Source of the DNA: Candidatus Vogelbacteria bacterium
GTDB taxonomy: Bacteria > Patescibacteriota > Minisyncoccia > Phycocordibacterales > XYD1-FULL-46-19
Assembly: GCA_903878275.1 (NCBI GenBank)
Contig: CAIRHC010000002.1
Span: forward strand, 29,218 to 93,217
Direction: 5' to 3'
Length of the DNA stretch: 64,000 bases
Shown: piece after piece, positions 1 through 9,035 of the stretch
Layout: every line of letters starts with the position of its first letter
Numbering within the stretch: position 1 is the stretch's first letter
Translations under genes and position numbers: made by a program
Notes under the pieces: generated by a model
Database searches by the model: none
Told to the model about the DNA's origin: nothing
The model's input: the letters and a program-made list of their open reading frames with translations, nothing else

Positions 1-2275
1 AATCGTTGTAAGCCAACTCAATTCCCTGCTCCGACAATCTTTTCGACAACTTATCAAGCAACAGTTTAGAAATTTGAAGCAAGTCTGATGAAGTCAACGG
101 ATTGAAAACCACCACCGCATCAAAACGGTTTAGGAGTTCAGGTTTGTAAATACCCTGATTGACAATCGCATCGATTATTTTGGTCGCTTCAGGTTTCTGA
201 CCTTCACGAACAGCTTGCCAAAGCATATCGGCACCAGCATTTGAAGTGGCGATAAAAATTAGATTGCGAACATTAACTTTCTTGCCACTCATATCCGAGA
301 AAAAACCTTCATCAAAAACCTGCAAGAAAAGATTTAAAATATCTTTGTTGCTTTTTTCAAATTCATCAAGCAACAAAACGCCGTACGGATGTTCGCGCAT
401 TAAGTTTGACAAAACTCCGGCTTGACTCTCACCAAAAGAACCGATCAACTTCGCCAACGCATCAGCTCCCTGATATTCAGACATATCGAGACGAAGCAAA
501 TCTTTTTCATTACCAAAGAAAACTTCCGCCAAAGCTTTTGAGGTTTCGGTCTTACCGACACCAGTGGGTCCCAAAAACAGGAAGGAGCCGATCGGACGTT
601 TTGGATTTCTAATACCAGTCCGAGAACGACGAATCGCATTACTGATTGCCTTAAGAGCTTCTTCTTGACCGACAACTCGTTTGTGAAGATTTTCTTCCAG
701 ACCAATAAGTTTTTCTTTTTCCTCTGGACTTATCTCTCCTAGCGGGATACTCGTCTTACCTTCGACAAACTCTTCAACTTCTTTTTTGCCAATCAAATAA
801 ATACCACGCGTCGCTGTCCAAGGAACAATTTCGGACAATAAATCAACCGCTTTATCGCCAGTATTACTTTCTGAAAAATAATACTCGGCATCGTGAGCTA
901 TCGCTAAAATAGCTGGATAAGTAAAAAATACGCTATTTCTTTTTTCCGACAACAAAACCGCTTCTTCCAAACTTCGAACAATCGATTCTTCTGGCATCGG
1001 TCGAATAAAAATGCGATCAAAGCGAGTCATTAGACCAGCGTTTGGTTCGATTTTTCGATGAAAAGTATCGCTATCAGCCAGACCAACGATCAGCAAAAGA
1101 TTGGCTGTCAAATAATGATCGACGAGACTTAAAAAATTGGAACCAAGATTTTCCAAACCTGAAAGTAATAATGGAAAATTATCAATAACCAACAAAATAT
1201 TGCCAGCCTTAGCGGCTTCATTGAGCATTTTTAGTAATTCTTGCTCCATTGCCGTGCGCTCTTTAAATTGAGCCAAAAAATTTCCCGTATTTAAAAGCAT
1301 CGGTCGGCGAAAGGCGACCGCCGGTGGTGCTTCTTTTTCTCGAATATTTCTGACCAAATGCCAGATGACATCCATCGCCTCCTGATTAGATTCGGCGACG
1401 ACCAGTGCGTTGGCTTCGCGATCTTTTGATAAAATCTCTTCAATTTGTGACAACTCTTCTTTACGAGAAGAAAAATCGTGATCAGCTGAACTTATTTGCG
1501 AACCAAAAAGTAGATCCCAGCAATATTTATCAAGAGTAAAAGTATTACCAAAACCCCAATCTTTCGCCAAGCCCGGAACTCGTTTGAGATTTTCCTCCCA
1601 CCACCAGCGCTTGCGATATTCAGCCGATTCAATACCGCGCACCACCCAATTGATCGCTCCGACAAGTTCGTCTTTTTTAATACCAAACCCATACAAAAAA
1701 TCTTTAAAATCTTTTTGTTCTTCATAAAGAGAAACGACTAATTCACGCAGTTTAAGCACTGTTTCATTAGACAGTGGCAATTGGTAATTCTGATCATTTT
1801 TATGATTTGCCAAAAACGTACCGATATCTGATTCGGTCACCCCGCAACGAGCCATAATTTCTAAGCCGAGCGAGGATCGAAGAAAGCCCGGCAAAATCTC
1901 ATCACCCTCGATCGACAATAAAATTCGGCCGACGGTAAAAGTAAAAAGATCACCCGGTTTATATTTATTTTGAGCGACATTATCAAAATAATAAGAAGAA
2001 TTAAAATAAGCCTCGATCATCTTGGAAACCAAATAGAAAGCCAGACTGATAAATAAAATCCCCCAAACTCTCGGCGCCAACAGTGCGACAAGGTTTTTAT
2101 CAACACCCGGAATAATATTAAAAGCCGTCACAATAGCGGTCAAAAATATAAATAAGCCTAGTAGCAAACCGCTAAATTTTAAAATCGCTTGGCGTTTTGA
2201 AGAAGAAACCCAAGACTCCAAAATGAGCACTGGGTAAAGCGGGCTCTCGTATAAAATTGTTTTAATATTACTCAT
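1..2275 (-). CDS. Clp/Hsp100-family AAA+ ATPase, partial (C-terminus runs off the left edge of the window). The N-terminus has two predicted TM helices and a degenerate first AAA module; the second AAA module is canonical.
   Basis: Reverse translation from ATG (rc of 2273-2275) gives MSNIKTILYESPLYPVLILESW... (the listed 77-aa ORF 1492..1725 is an internal in-frame piece of it). The D2 module carries NLHKRVVGQEEALKAISNAIRRSRTGIRNPKRPIGSFLFLGPTGVGKTE and the sensor motifs. The D1 region lacks a GxxGxGKT Walker A (ANALVVAESNQEAM). Confidence 0.7.
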   Translation of the reverse strand, partial: MSNIKTILYESPLYPVLILESWVSSSKRQAILKFSGLLLGLFIFLTAIVTAFNIIPGVDKNLVALLAPRVWGILFISLAFYLVSKMIEAYFNSSYYFDNVAQNKYKPGDLFTFTVGRILLSIEGDEILPGFLRSSLGLEIMARCGVTESDIGTFLANHKNDQNYQLPLSNETVLKLRELVVSLYEEQKDFKDFLYGFGIKKDELVGAINWVVRGIESAEYRKRWWWEENLKRVPGLAKDWGFGNTFTLDKYCWDLLFGSQISSADHDFSSRKEELSQIEEILSKDREANALVVAESNQEAMDVIWHLVRNIREKEAPPAVAFRRPMLLNTGNFLAQFKERTAMEQELLKMLNEAAKAGNILLVIDNFPLLLSGLENLGSNFLSLVDHYLTANLLLIVGLADSDTFHRKIEPNAGLMTRFDRIFIRPMPEESIVRSLEEAVLLSEKRNSVFFTYPAILAIAHDAEYYFSESNTGDKAVDLLSEIVPWTATRGIYLIGKKEVEEFVEGKTSIPLGEISPEEKEKLIGLEENLHKRVVGQEEALKAISNAIRRSRTGIRNPKRPIGSFLFLGPTGVGKTETSKALAEVFFGNEKDLLRLDMSEYQGADALAKLIGSFGESQAGVLSNLMREHPYGVLLLDEFEKSNKDILNLFLQVFDEGFFSDMSGKKVNVRNLIFIATSNAGADMLWQAVREGQKPEATKIIDAIVNQGIYKPELLNRFDAVVVFNPLTSSDLLQISKLLLDKLSKRLSEQGIELAYND

Positions 2276-2283
2276 AGATTAAA

Positions 2284-2682
2284 TTAGTAACCAAATATTA
2301 AAAGGGCGACACCAGCAATTAGCAAAAAGATAATAATAAAGGGCAGGGCCAACCAAAGAATCAACAAGACTGGATATAAAATGATCATCGACAACCAAGA
2401 AAACGCTCCGACAATAATAAGAATTGCCCGCATCAACATACCAACCAGACGCATCAGGAAATTTATCACGATCACCGAAGCCATCTCTTCAATTTTTAAA
2501 ACATCTTTCGGATAATCCTCACCAAGACGGCGCCACGGCGCAAAAAAAGATTTCAAAAGAACCGGAATCGAGAAAAAATTATAAACAAAATTTATTAAGC
2601 CTTTATAAATGGCATCGAATTCAGATAACGCCCGACCATAGTGCCAGGTCAAATAATTAAAAAAGATAAAGGTAAACCTCAT
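2284..2682 (-). CDS. hypothetical polytopic membrane protein
   Basis: 132-aa ORF, strongly hydrophobic, in an operon-like array with its neighbours. Confidence 0.4.
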   Translation of the reverse strand: MRFTFIFFNYLTWHYGRALSEFDAIYKGLINFVYNFFSIPVLLKSFFAPWRRLGEDYPKDVLKIEEMASVIVINFLMRLVGMLMRAILIIVGAFSWLSMIILYPVLLILWLALPFIIIFLLIAGVALLIFGY

Positions 2683-2714
2683 AACAATATTATACTACAA
2701 AATAAAAATAAACA

Positions 2715-3578
2715 TCAGATAAACCTGTAGAAAACTTTCTGTCCAAAGCGTAGATCGAGATATTCTAATTTTTGCTCTTTATTTTTCAGTTCGGTCAAAA
2801 AAGTTTCATTTTTAAGAATCGAAGTTAGGTTGTTAATCAAATCTTCGGTCTGGCGATCGGCATTAAACAAGATTTTAAAAAGAACACTAGAACCGCTACT
2901 AAATCCAATTTCAACAGAAAAATCACCGTCAGGCAAAACTTTTGTTTGTAAAATCTTAAGAGCCGTTTCGTCTTTTTGAAAACTTGGTAAAATATTTGTC
3001 AAAAAAATCAAAAAATTAGAGATATTCTCTATCCGGTCTGAAGTCAAAGCTTTCTGACCAATCTTATCGCCCAAATGATAACCAGCTAATTCAAAAATAA
3101 TATTCTCGGAAAAACTTGGTGCTTCCGAATATGTCCGCCCCGATTCATCCAAATAAAAACATTTTTTATCAGAAGCCATTCCTTCGCACCAGATAAGTTT
3201 TGGTTTTTTATCACTGACCGTAATTTTTAAAGCATTAAGCTCTGGTGCCATAATTTCAATATCAGCCAGTCGCGGAAAACTTTTTTTCAAATAATTTAGC
3301 ACTGATTTTTCTTGATAAAAAAACACGCTGTTTTTCGGGACAATAAAATAATAGCTACCAGTCAGCGCTTCGCCCGCTTTTTGTTCAATCAAACTTTTAT
3401 TTTCAAAAGTTGTACCCATCACGACAAATTTAGTCACGCGCAAAAAACTACAATTAATCAAAAACCAAAAAGCTCCGACAATCAAAAAAGCAATGACCAC
3501 GCCCAAAATATGCCGAGCGGTATTGATCTTTTTTTCGCGCTGTTTCGATTTTTTAAGAATTTCCGTCTTAGATGCCAC
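2715..3578 (-). CDS. FtsQ/DivIB-like cell-division protein (N-terminal TM anchor plus periplasmic POTRA-like domain)
   Basis: 287 aa with a single N-terminal TM segment (ILGVVIAFLIVGAFWFL) and FtsQ-like domain order. Homology is recalled, not searched. Confidence 0.45.
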   Translation of the reverse strand: MASKTEILKKSKQREKKINTARHILGVVIAFLIVGAFWFLINCSFLRVTKFVVMGTTFENKSLIEQKAGEALTGSYYFIVPKNSVFFYQEKSVLNYLKKSFPRLADIEIMAPELNALKITVSDKKPKLIWCEGMASDKKCFYLDESGRTYSEAPSFSENIIFELAGYHLGDKIGQKALTSDRIENISNFLIFLTNILPSFQKDETALKILQTKVLPDGDFSVEIGFSSGSSVLFKILFNADRQTEDLINNLTSILKNETFLTELKNKEQKLEYLDLRFGQKVFYRFI

Positions 3579-3608
3579 GACGAATTCTCGCTCGAAAGCG
3601 ATTAAATT

Positions 3609-4868
3609 TTATTTGATAATATCTTTGCCCAAATAAGGTCGCAAAACTTCCGGCACCAAAATACTACCATCAGCTTGCTGATAATTTTCTACTAAAGATA
3701 CAATCAAGCGTGGCGTCGCGGCTAGCGTCCCATTTAAAGAATGGACGAAACGCGTTTTACCATCAGTATCTTTGTATTTGGTGTTTAAGCGACGGGTTTG
3801 AAAATCGTGGAAATATGAGATCGAATGTGTCTCACGATATTTTCCTTCGGATGGCACCCAAGCTTCGATGTCATATTTTTTGACCTGACCTTGACCAAGA
3901 TCACCAGTACAATTTACCACCACATGATATGGAATTTTTAAATCTTGCATCAACTTTTCGGCATTAGCCAAAAGCACCTCGTGCCATTTGACACTTTCCT
4001 CGTGACTGGCTTCACACAACACCACTTGCTCCACTTTGTAAAATTCATGCAAGCGAATTAACCCACGAGTATCTTTACCATGGCTACCCGCTTCACGCCG
4101 ATAACACGGCGAAAAAGAAACAAATTTTAACGGCAGATGTTCTTTGGGAATGACCTCATCCATATAAAAACCCATTGTCGGCACTTCGGCGGTGCCAGCC
4201 AAAAAATCTCCATCTTGAGTTTTATAAAGATCATCCTCGCCTTGCGGTAAATAACCAGTCCCCATAAAAGTTTCCGGATGATTAACAATCGGTACGAGCA
4301 TTGGAGTGAAGCCATCTTTGACCATCAAGCTCAAGGCGTGTTGCCAAATTGCAAAAGACAGTTGCACTGCTTCGTTCTTCAAAAAATAACCACGAAAACC
4401 AGCGACTTTCACCCCGCGCTCAAAATCAACCAATTTCAAATTAGTAAATAATTCTAATTGACTTTTTGGCGTAAAACTAAATTTCGGTTTATCGCCCCAG
4501 ACTTTTACTTCTTGATTTTCAGAATCATCTTTGCCTTCAGGTACCGACATATCCGGAATATTTGGCACTTGAAGCATTAGGAGTTGCCATTTTTTCATTA
4601 CTTCCTTTAATTCTTCTTCTTTTTTCTGAAGTTCGTCTTTGACGACTTTCATTTCTTCAATCAAGCTATCTCGCCCACTGGCATCGGCTTTCATAATCGC
4701 GTCACTCGCCACATTTTGTTTGGCGCGCAAAGAATCCGTTTCGCCGACCAATTTCAGACGCTCGTCATCCGCCGTAATTAATTCATCAATATTAAAAGCT
4801 GATAATTTTTTCCGCGCTGCCTCTTTAATAAGCTCCTTGTTTTCTTTTATAAATTTAATGTCTAACAT
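3609..4868 (-). CDS. serS: seryl-tRNA synthetase
   Basis: MLDIKFIKEN... with class II aaRS motifs (FRGYFLKNEAV, CYRREAGSHGKDTRGLIRLHEF, TLAATPRL). The start is moved to the internal ATG at 4866-4868 that gives the canonical SerS N-terminus. Confidence 0.9.
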   Translation of the reverse strand: MLDIKFIKENKELIKEAARKKLSAFNIDELITADDERLKLVGETDSLRAKQNVASDAIMKADASGRDSLIEEMKVVKDELQKKEEELKEVMKKWQLLMLQVPNIPDMSVPEGKDDSENQEVKVWGDKPKFSFTPKSQLELFTNLKLVDFERGVKVAGFRGYFLKNEAVQLSFAIWQHALSLMVKDGFTPMLVPIVNHPETFMGTGYLPQGEDDLYKTQDGDFLAGTAEVPTMGFYMDEVIPKEHLPLKFVSFSPCYRREAGSHGKDTRGLIRLHEFYKVEQVVLCEASHEESVKWHEVLLANAEKLMQDLKIPYHVVVNCTGDLGQGQVKKYDIEAWVPSEGKYRETHSISYFHDFQTRRLNTKYKDTDGKTRFVHSLNGTLAATPRLIVSLVENYQQADGSILVPEVLRPYLGKDIIK

Positions 4869-4959
4869 ATACCCAAATCTTAGCAAAAACCGCCCAAAAA
4901 AACAAAAGTTGGTTAGGCACAATTTAATCTCACCGATTTGTTTGATACAATAATATAGA

Positions 4960-5829
4960 ATGTATCAAATCGAAAAAATTACGCCGAAAAAATTCCCGCC
5001 GGCTTTGCTGGAAATCCCCCAGTCGCCGAAAGAACTTTTTGTTGCTGGCAAAATACCAGATCCGGAAAAATATATTTTTCTGACTATTGTTGGCTCACGG
5101 CATTATTCTGCTTACGGTCGTGAAGTTTGTGAAAAAATAGTTTCCGGTCTGGCTGGTCAGCCGATCATGATCGTTTCCGGTTTGGCTTTAGGTATTGATA
5201 CGATTGCTCACCAAAGTGCCCTCGAAGCTGGTCTAATCACTGTCGCTTTTCCCGGATCAGGACTTAACCAAAAAGTGCTTTATCCATCTGCCAATCGTCG
5301 CCTCGCCGAAAAAATTATTGAAAATGGGGGAGCTTTAGTTTCTGAATATCAGCCCGACCAAATTGCCACGCTTTATACTTTTCCGCAAAGAAATCGCTTG
5401 ATGGCGGGTTTGTCTCGCGCCACCTTAATAATCGAAGCTGGACAAAAATCTGGTACGCTCATCACCGCTCGCCTCGCCACCGAATACAATCGCGATGTCC
5501 TAGCTATCCCCGGCTCCGTTTTTTCGCCAAATTCTTACGGTCCAAATTGGCTGATCAAACAAGGCGCCACGCCAATCACCGAAGCCGAAGATATTTTAAA
5601 ACATTTTAGTTTAAAACAAGAAAGCTTTGATTTTGATTCCGCCGAAAAACTGGCGGACTTATCCCCGATTGAGAAAAAAATTGTTGAGCTCTTAAGGATC
5701 GAACCGCTCCCGCGAGACGAACTAGTTTTTAAAGCTAAAGTTTCCGCGAGCGAAGCCAACACCGTTTTATCAATAATGGAAATTAAAGGTTTAATTAAAG
5801 AATCTTTAGGTGAGTTTCATTTAAACTAA
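4960..5829 (+). CDS. dprA: DNA processing protein DprA/Smf
   Basis: GSRHYSAYGREV...IVSGLALGIDTIAHQSALEAG...AGQKSGTLITARLA...IPGSVFSPNS, the typical DprA Rossmann-like domain. Confidence 0.85.
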   Translation: MYQIEKITPKKFPPALLEIPQSPKELFVAGKIPDPEKYIFLTIVGSRHYSAYGREVCEKIVSGLAGQPIMIVSGLALGIDTIAHQSALEAGLITVAFPGSGLNQKVLYPSANRRLAEKIIENGGALVSEYQPDQIATLYTFPQRNRLMAGLSRATLIIEAGQKSGTLITARLATEYNRDVLAIPGSVFSPNSYGPNWLIKQGATPITEAEDILKHFSLKQESFDFDSAEKLADLSPIEKKIVELLRIEPLPRDELVFKAKVSASEANTVLSIMEIKGLIKESLGEFHLN

Positions 5830-5842
5830 TTTTTTATCCCCA

Positions 5843-5878
5843 TTTGACATAATTCTATATTTATAATATAATTTGCAC
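5843..5878 (+). promoter_or_regulatory. near-consensus sigma70-type promoter (TTGACA, 17-nt spacer, TATAAT) upstream of the gene at 5953
   Basis: ttgacataattctatatttataatataat read directly. It is followed by an 11-bp stem hairpin (atatttccttg...caaggaaatat, about 5889-5929) in the 5' UTR. Confidence 0.5.
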
Positions 5879-5952
5879 AGATTAGATATTTTCCTTGATT
5901 TGGGCGTTCCGAACAAGGAAATATTTTTGTTCTTAATGTACGGAGGGAAAAA

Positions 5953-6255
5953 ATGACACACAAGCGACACGCCTATGAAATGTTGGTTGAGGAAATCGAA
6001 GAGACTGTTGTGGCTCTAAATTTTCTCGACAAGGCTAATATCAGCCATTTCGACAGGACGAGGATGACCTGCGAGTTAACTATTATGTTAAAAGTTATTT
6101 CGCAGATTATCATTCCAAGAGAAAATATCGACGAGGTAATCTCTCGGTTGTCCGAAATCAAAGAAAAAACTGGTAATCCCAATACCAAAAATCTTTTTTC
6201 GGAGAAGCTTTACAAAGAAGTCAGCAAAATCAACCCCCCCCCCAGCCGGAAGTAG
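5953..6255 (+). CDS. hypothetical protein (100 aa)
   Basis: ORF with an RBS (ggaggg) and a strong upstream promoter, followed by a terminator. Confidence 0.4.
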   Translation: MTHKRHAYEMLVEEIEETVVALNFLDKANISHFDRTRMTCELTIMLKVISQIIIPRENIDEVISRLSEIKEKTGNPNTKNLFSEKLYKEVSKINPPPSRK

Positions 6256-6284
6256 GTAGCCGATTCGTCCAGCTCAATCCAAGA

Positions 6285-6312
6285 CCCCGCAGACACCAGC
6301 GGGGTTTTTCTT
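6285..6312 (+). terminator. rho-independent terminator
   Basis: ccccgc-agacacca-gcgggg followed by tttttctttt. Confidence 0.6.
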
Positions 6313-6453
6313 TTGTTTAAATTAATAATTTTCCAAACAAAAAAAATAATCCCCAGTTTGACAAACAGTTACAAAAAGAATAATACTTGCTAAACTGTTT
6401 GAGATGTTAAAAAATTAAAAAGGAAAATTATAAATTTTAAATTACCAATTAAA

Positions 6454-8631
6454 GTGAAGTTACTTATTGTCGAGTCACCAGCCAAAGCCAAGACCATCTC
6501 AAAATATTTAGATGGCGCCTACACTGTCAAAGCCAGTGTTGGGCATATTCGTGATTTACCAAAATCAAATAAAAATGCGATTGATATTGAAAATGATTTT
6601 TTGCCACGCTATGAAATTTCTCCCGGCAAAGAAAAAGTGGTCGCCGAATTAAAAATTTTAGCTAAAAAAGCGAGTGAGGTTTTACTCGCGACTGACCCCG
6701 ACCGCGAAGGCGAAGCGATTGCTTGGCACATAAAAGAAGCGCTTGGTTTAAAAAAACCAGAACGCATTGTTTTTCACGAGATCACTGAAGAAGCGGTCAA
6801 AGAAGCAATGAAGCATCCTCGGCAGATTGATAACAATTTGCGTTATGCTCAAGAAGCCCGTCGAGTTCTCGATCGCCTTTTTGGTTATGATTTATCTGGC
6901 TTGATCTGGCAAAAAGTCCGTTATGGTCTATCTGCTGGTCGGGTCCAATCCCCGGCTTTGCGAATCATCGTGGAAAAAGAAAAAGAAATTCGCGCTTTTA
7001 TTCCAGAAAATTATTGGACAATCTCGGCAATTTTTGAAGATCAAAAGAAAAATAAGATTCCTTTTACTTGTAGTATCGAACCGAAGACCGAAGACGAGGC
7101 AAATAAAATTGTCGCCGATAGTCAAAAAACTGACTGGCAAGTCGAAAAAGTAGAAGAAACCAAAGCGGCTCGCAAAGCCCGCGCGCCATTTACCACTTCG
7201 ACATTACAACAAACCGCTTCGTCACGTTTTGGTTATGCGCCAAGTATTACGATGCGTCTGGCTCAAAAACTTTACGAAGCCGGACACATCACTTATATGC
7301 GTACTGATAGTACAAATTTAAGCACGGTGGCAGTGGAAGAAATTTCTAAAGTTGTAGCCAAAAAATACGGCGATAATTATTTTGTCGCCCAACAATATAA
7401 AACTAAAAGTAAAAATGCTCAAGAAGCCCATGAAGCCATCCGCCCCAGCCACGCCAGTGTTTTTTCTGCCGGCACTTCACCTCAAGAAAGAAAACTTTAT
7501 GAATTGATTTGGCAACGCACAGTCGCCAGCCAGATGGCTGATGCCGAAGTCTTGCGCACAAAGATTACGGCTGTCGCCGACAAAAAAGATATTCCGGTTT
7601 TTGAAACCAGCGGTTCACGCGTTTTATTTGATGGCTGGCTCAAAGCTGATCCCGACGCTCGCGGCGAGGATGTTGATTTACCAAAATTAAGCGCTGGTGA
7701 TAAATTAAACTTGCTTGAAATTGAAAGCCTCGACAAACAAACCGAGCCACCTCATCGCTATACCGAGGCAGGCCTCGTTAAAGAATTAGAAAAACGAGGT
7801 ATCGGTCGCCCAAGTACTTACGCAGCGATTATTAAAACAATTCAAGACCGCGGTTATGTTGTGAAAGAAAATAAATCTCTCCAGCCCACCGACACCGGCG
7901 AAGTCGTCAGTGATTTTTTAAGCGAATATTTTGCTCATTATATTAGCGACACTTTCACCGCCGAAATGGAAGATGAGCTTGATGATATTGCCGACGGCAA
8001 ACGCGGTTATGCTAAAACTTTAAAAGATTTTTACGGACCATTCACCAAAGAAATAAAAAGTAAAAAGAAAATTGAAAAAATTACTAATCTTGGCGATGCT
8101 CCAAAAAATATTAAGTGTCCAGAATGTGGCGGTCCGATGATTATCAAACTTGCCAAAAATGGTAAGTTTTATAGTTGCGCCAAATTCCCCGACTGCACCG
8201 GCGCTCTCACGATGGATGGCGAAAAATTGGAAGGTCCAAAGCCGACCGGCGAAAGTTGCCCAGACTGTAACAGCCCGCTCGTCGAGCGTGACGGACGTTT
8301 TGGTCGTTTCGTCGCCTGTTCCAATTATCCAAAATGCAAATATATTAAAAAAGACGCGATCATCGAAGGTCAAGAAAAACGCGGTGATACTGGTGTCGAA
8401 TGTCCTCTCTGCAAAGCCGGCACAATGACCGAGAAAAAAGGACGCTTTGGTGTTTTTTATGGTTGTTCTAATTATCCGAAATGCAAAAATATCATAAAAT
8501 CAAAACCAACTGGCGCGCTTTGCCCAGACTGCGGGTCTTTAATGATGGAGGGAACGAAAACAATCCCAGAGAGATGTAGTAATAAACTGTGCGAGAATAA
8601 CAGACCAGATAAAAAAGGGAAAATAAAATAG
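6454..8631 (+). CDS. topA: DNA topoisomerase I with a C-terminal array of C4 zinc ribbons
   Basis: TOPRIM N-terminus (LLIVESPAKAKTISKYLG), the catalytic region, and repeated CxxC...CxxC zinc-ribbon modules. GTG start, TAG stop. Confidence 0.9.
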   Translation: MKLLIVESPAKAKTISKYLDGAYTVKASVGHIRDLPKSNKNAIDIENDFLPRYEISPGKEKVVAELKILAKKASEVLLATDPDREGEAIAWHIKEALGLKKPERIVFHEITEEAVKEAMKHPRQIDNNLRYAQEARRVLDRLFGYDLSGLIWQKVRYGLSAGRVQSPALRIIVEKEKEIRAFIPENYWTISAIFEDQKKNKIPFTCSIEPKTEDEANKIVADSQKTDWQVEKVEETKAARKARAPFTTSTLQQTASSRFGYAPSITMRLAQKLYEAGHITYMRTDSTNLSTVAVEEISKVVAKKYGDNYFVAQQYKTKSKNAQEAHEAIRPSHASVFSAGTSPQERKLYELIWQRTVASQMADAEVLRTKITAVADKKDIPVFETSGSRVLFDGWLKADPDARGEDVDLPKLSAGDKLNLLEIESLDKQTEPPHRYTEAGLVKELEKRGIGRPSTYAAIIKTIQDRGYVVKENKSLQPTDTGEVVSDFLSEYFAHYISDTFTAEMEDELDDIADGKRGYAKTLKDFYGPFTKEIKSKKKIEKITNLGDAPKNIKCPECGGPMIIKLAKNGKFYSCAKFPDCTGALTMDGEKLEGPKPTGESCPDCNSPLVERDGRFGRFVACSNYPKCKYIKKDAIIEGQEKRGDTGVECPLCKAGTMTEKKGRFGVFYGCSNYPKCKNIIKSKPTGALCPDCGSLMMEGTKTIPERCSNKLCENNRPDKKGKIK

Positions 8632-8642
8632 CACCATACTAT

Positions 8643-8672
8643 TGACTTTTCTGCAAATCCGCCTAGTATAAT
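8643..8672 (+). promoter_or_regulatory. candidate promoter (TTGACT ... TATAAT) for the small membrane-protein gene
   Basis: attgacttttctgcaaatccgcctagtataat, followed by a strong RBS aaaggagag 5 nt before the ATG at 8708. Confidence 0.45.
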
Positions 8673-8707
8673 AGCTAGAATTGTAACCAAACGGAAAGGA
8701 GAGTTTT

Positions 8708-8956
8708 ATGCCAAAAAATAAAGAACCTTGGTGGGTTCACGTGTTTTCGATACTAGCTTGTCTGGGCGTTATGGGTGGTTTTTGTCTCCTAGCTATGGCA
8801 CCAGGAATTATCTGGTTGATTAGTATGGTGATGATATACCACCTTACTGGTAGTGCCTCACTCACAGCAGTTTATGCCATATTCGCAGGCATACTAGTAA
8901 TTGTGGTCTTTACATTCCTGTCCCGGAAGTTTCAGGAATGGGGCATAGACCACTAA
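8708..8956 (+). CDS. small membrane protein (82 aa, 2-3 TM)
   Basis: ORF with a strong RBS; hydrophobic. Confidence 0.5.
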   Translation: MPKNKEPWWVHVFSILACLGVMGGFCLLAMAPGIIWLISMVMIYHLTGSASLTAVYAIFAGILVIVVFTFLSRKFQEWGIDH

Positions 8957-8964
8957 TTAGTTTT

Positions 8965-9005
8965 GACCCGTCGGACGCCTCGCGTCCGACGGGTCCTTTT
9001 GTTTT
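8965..9005 (+). terminator. rho-independent terminator
   Basis: Perfect 14-bp stem gacccgtcggacgc/gcgtccgacgggtc followed by a T-run. Confidence 0.7.
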
Positions 9006-9035
9006 AATCAAACTTTGTTAAGATTAGAGTTAATT

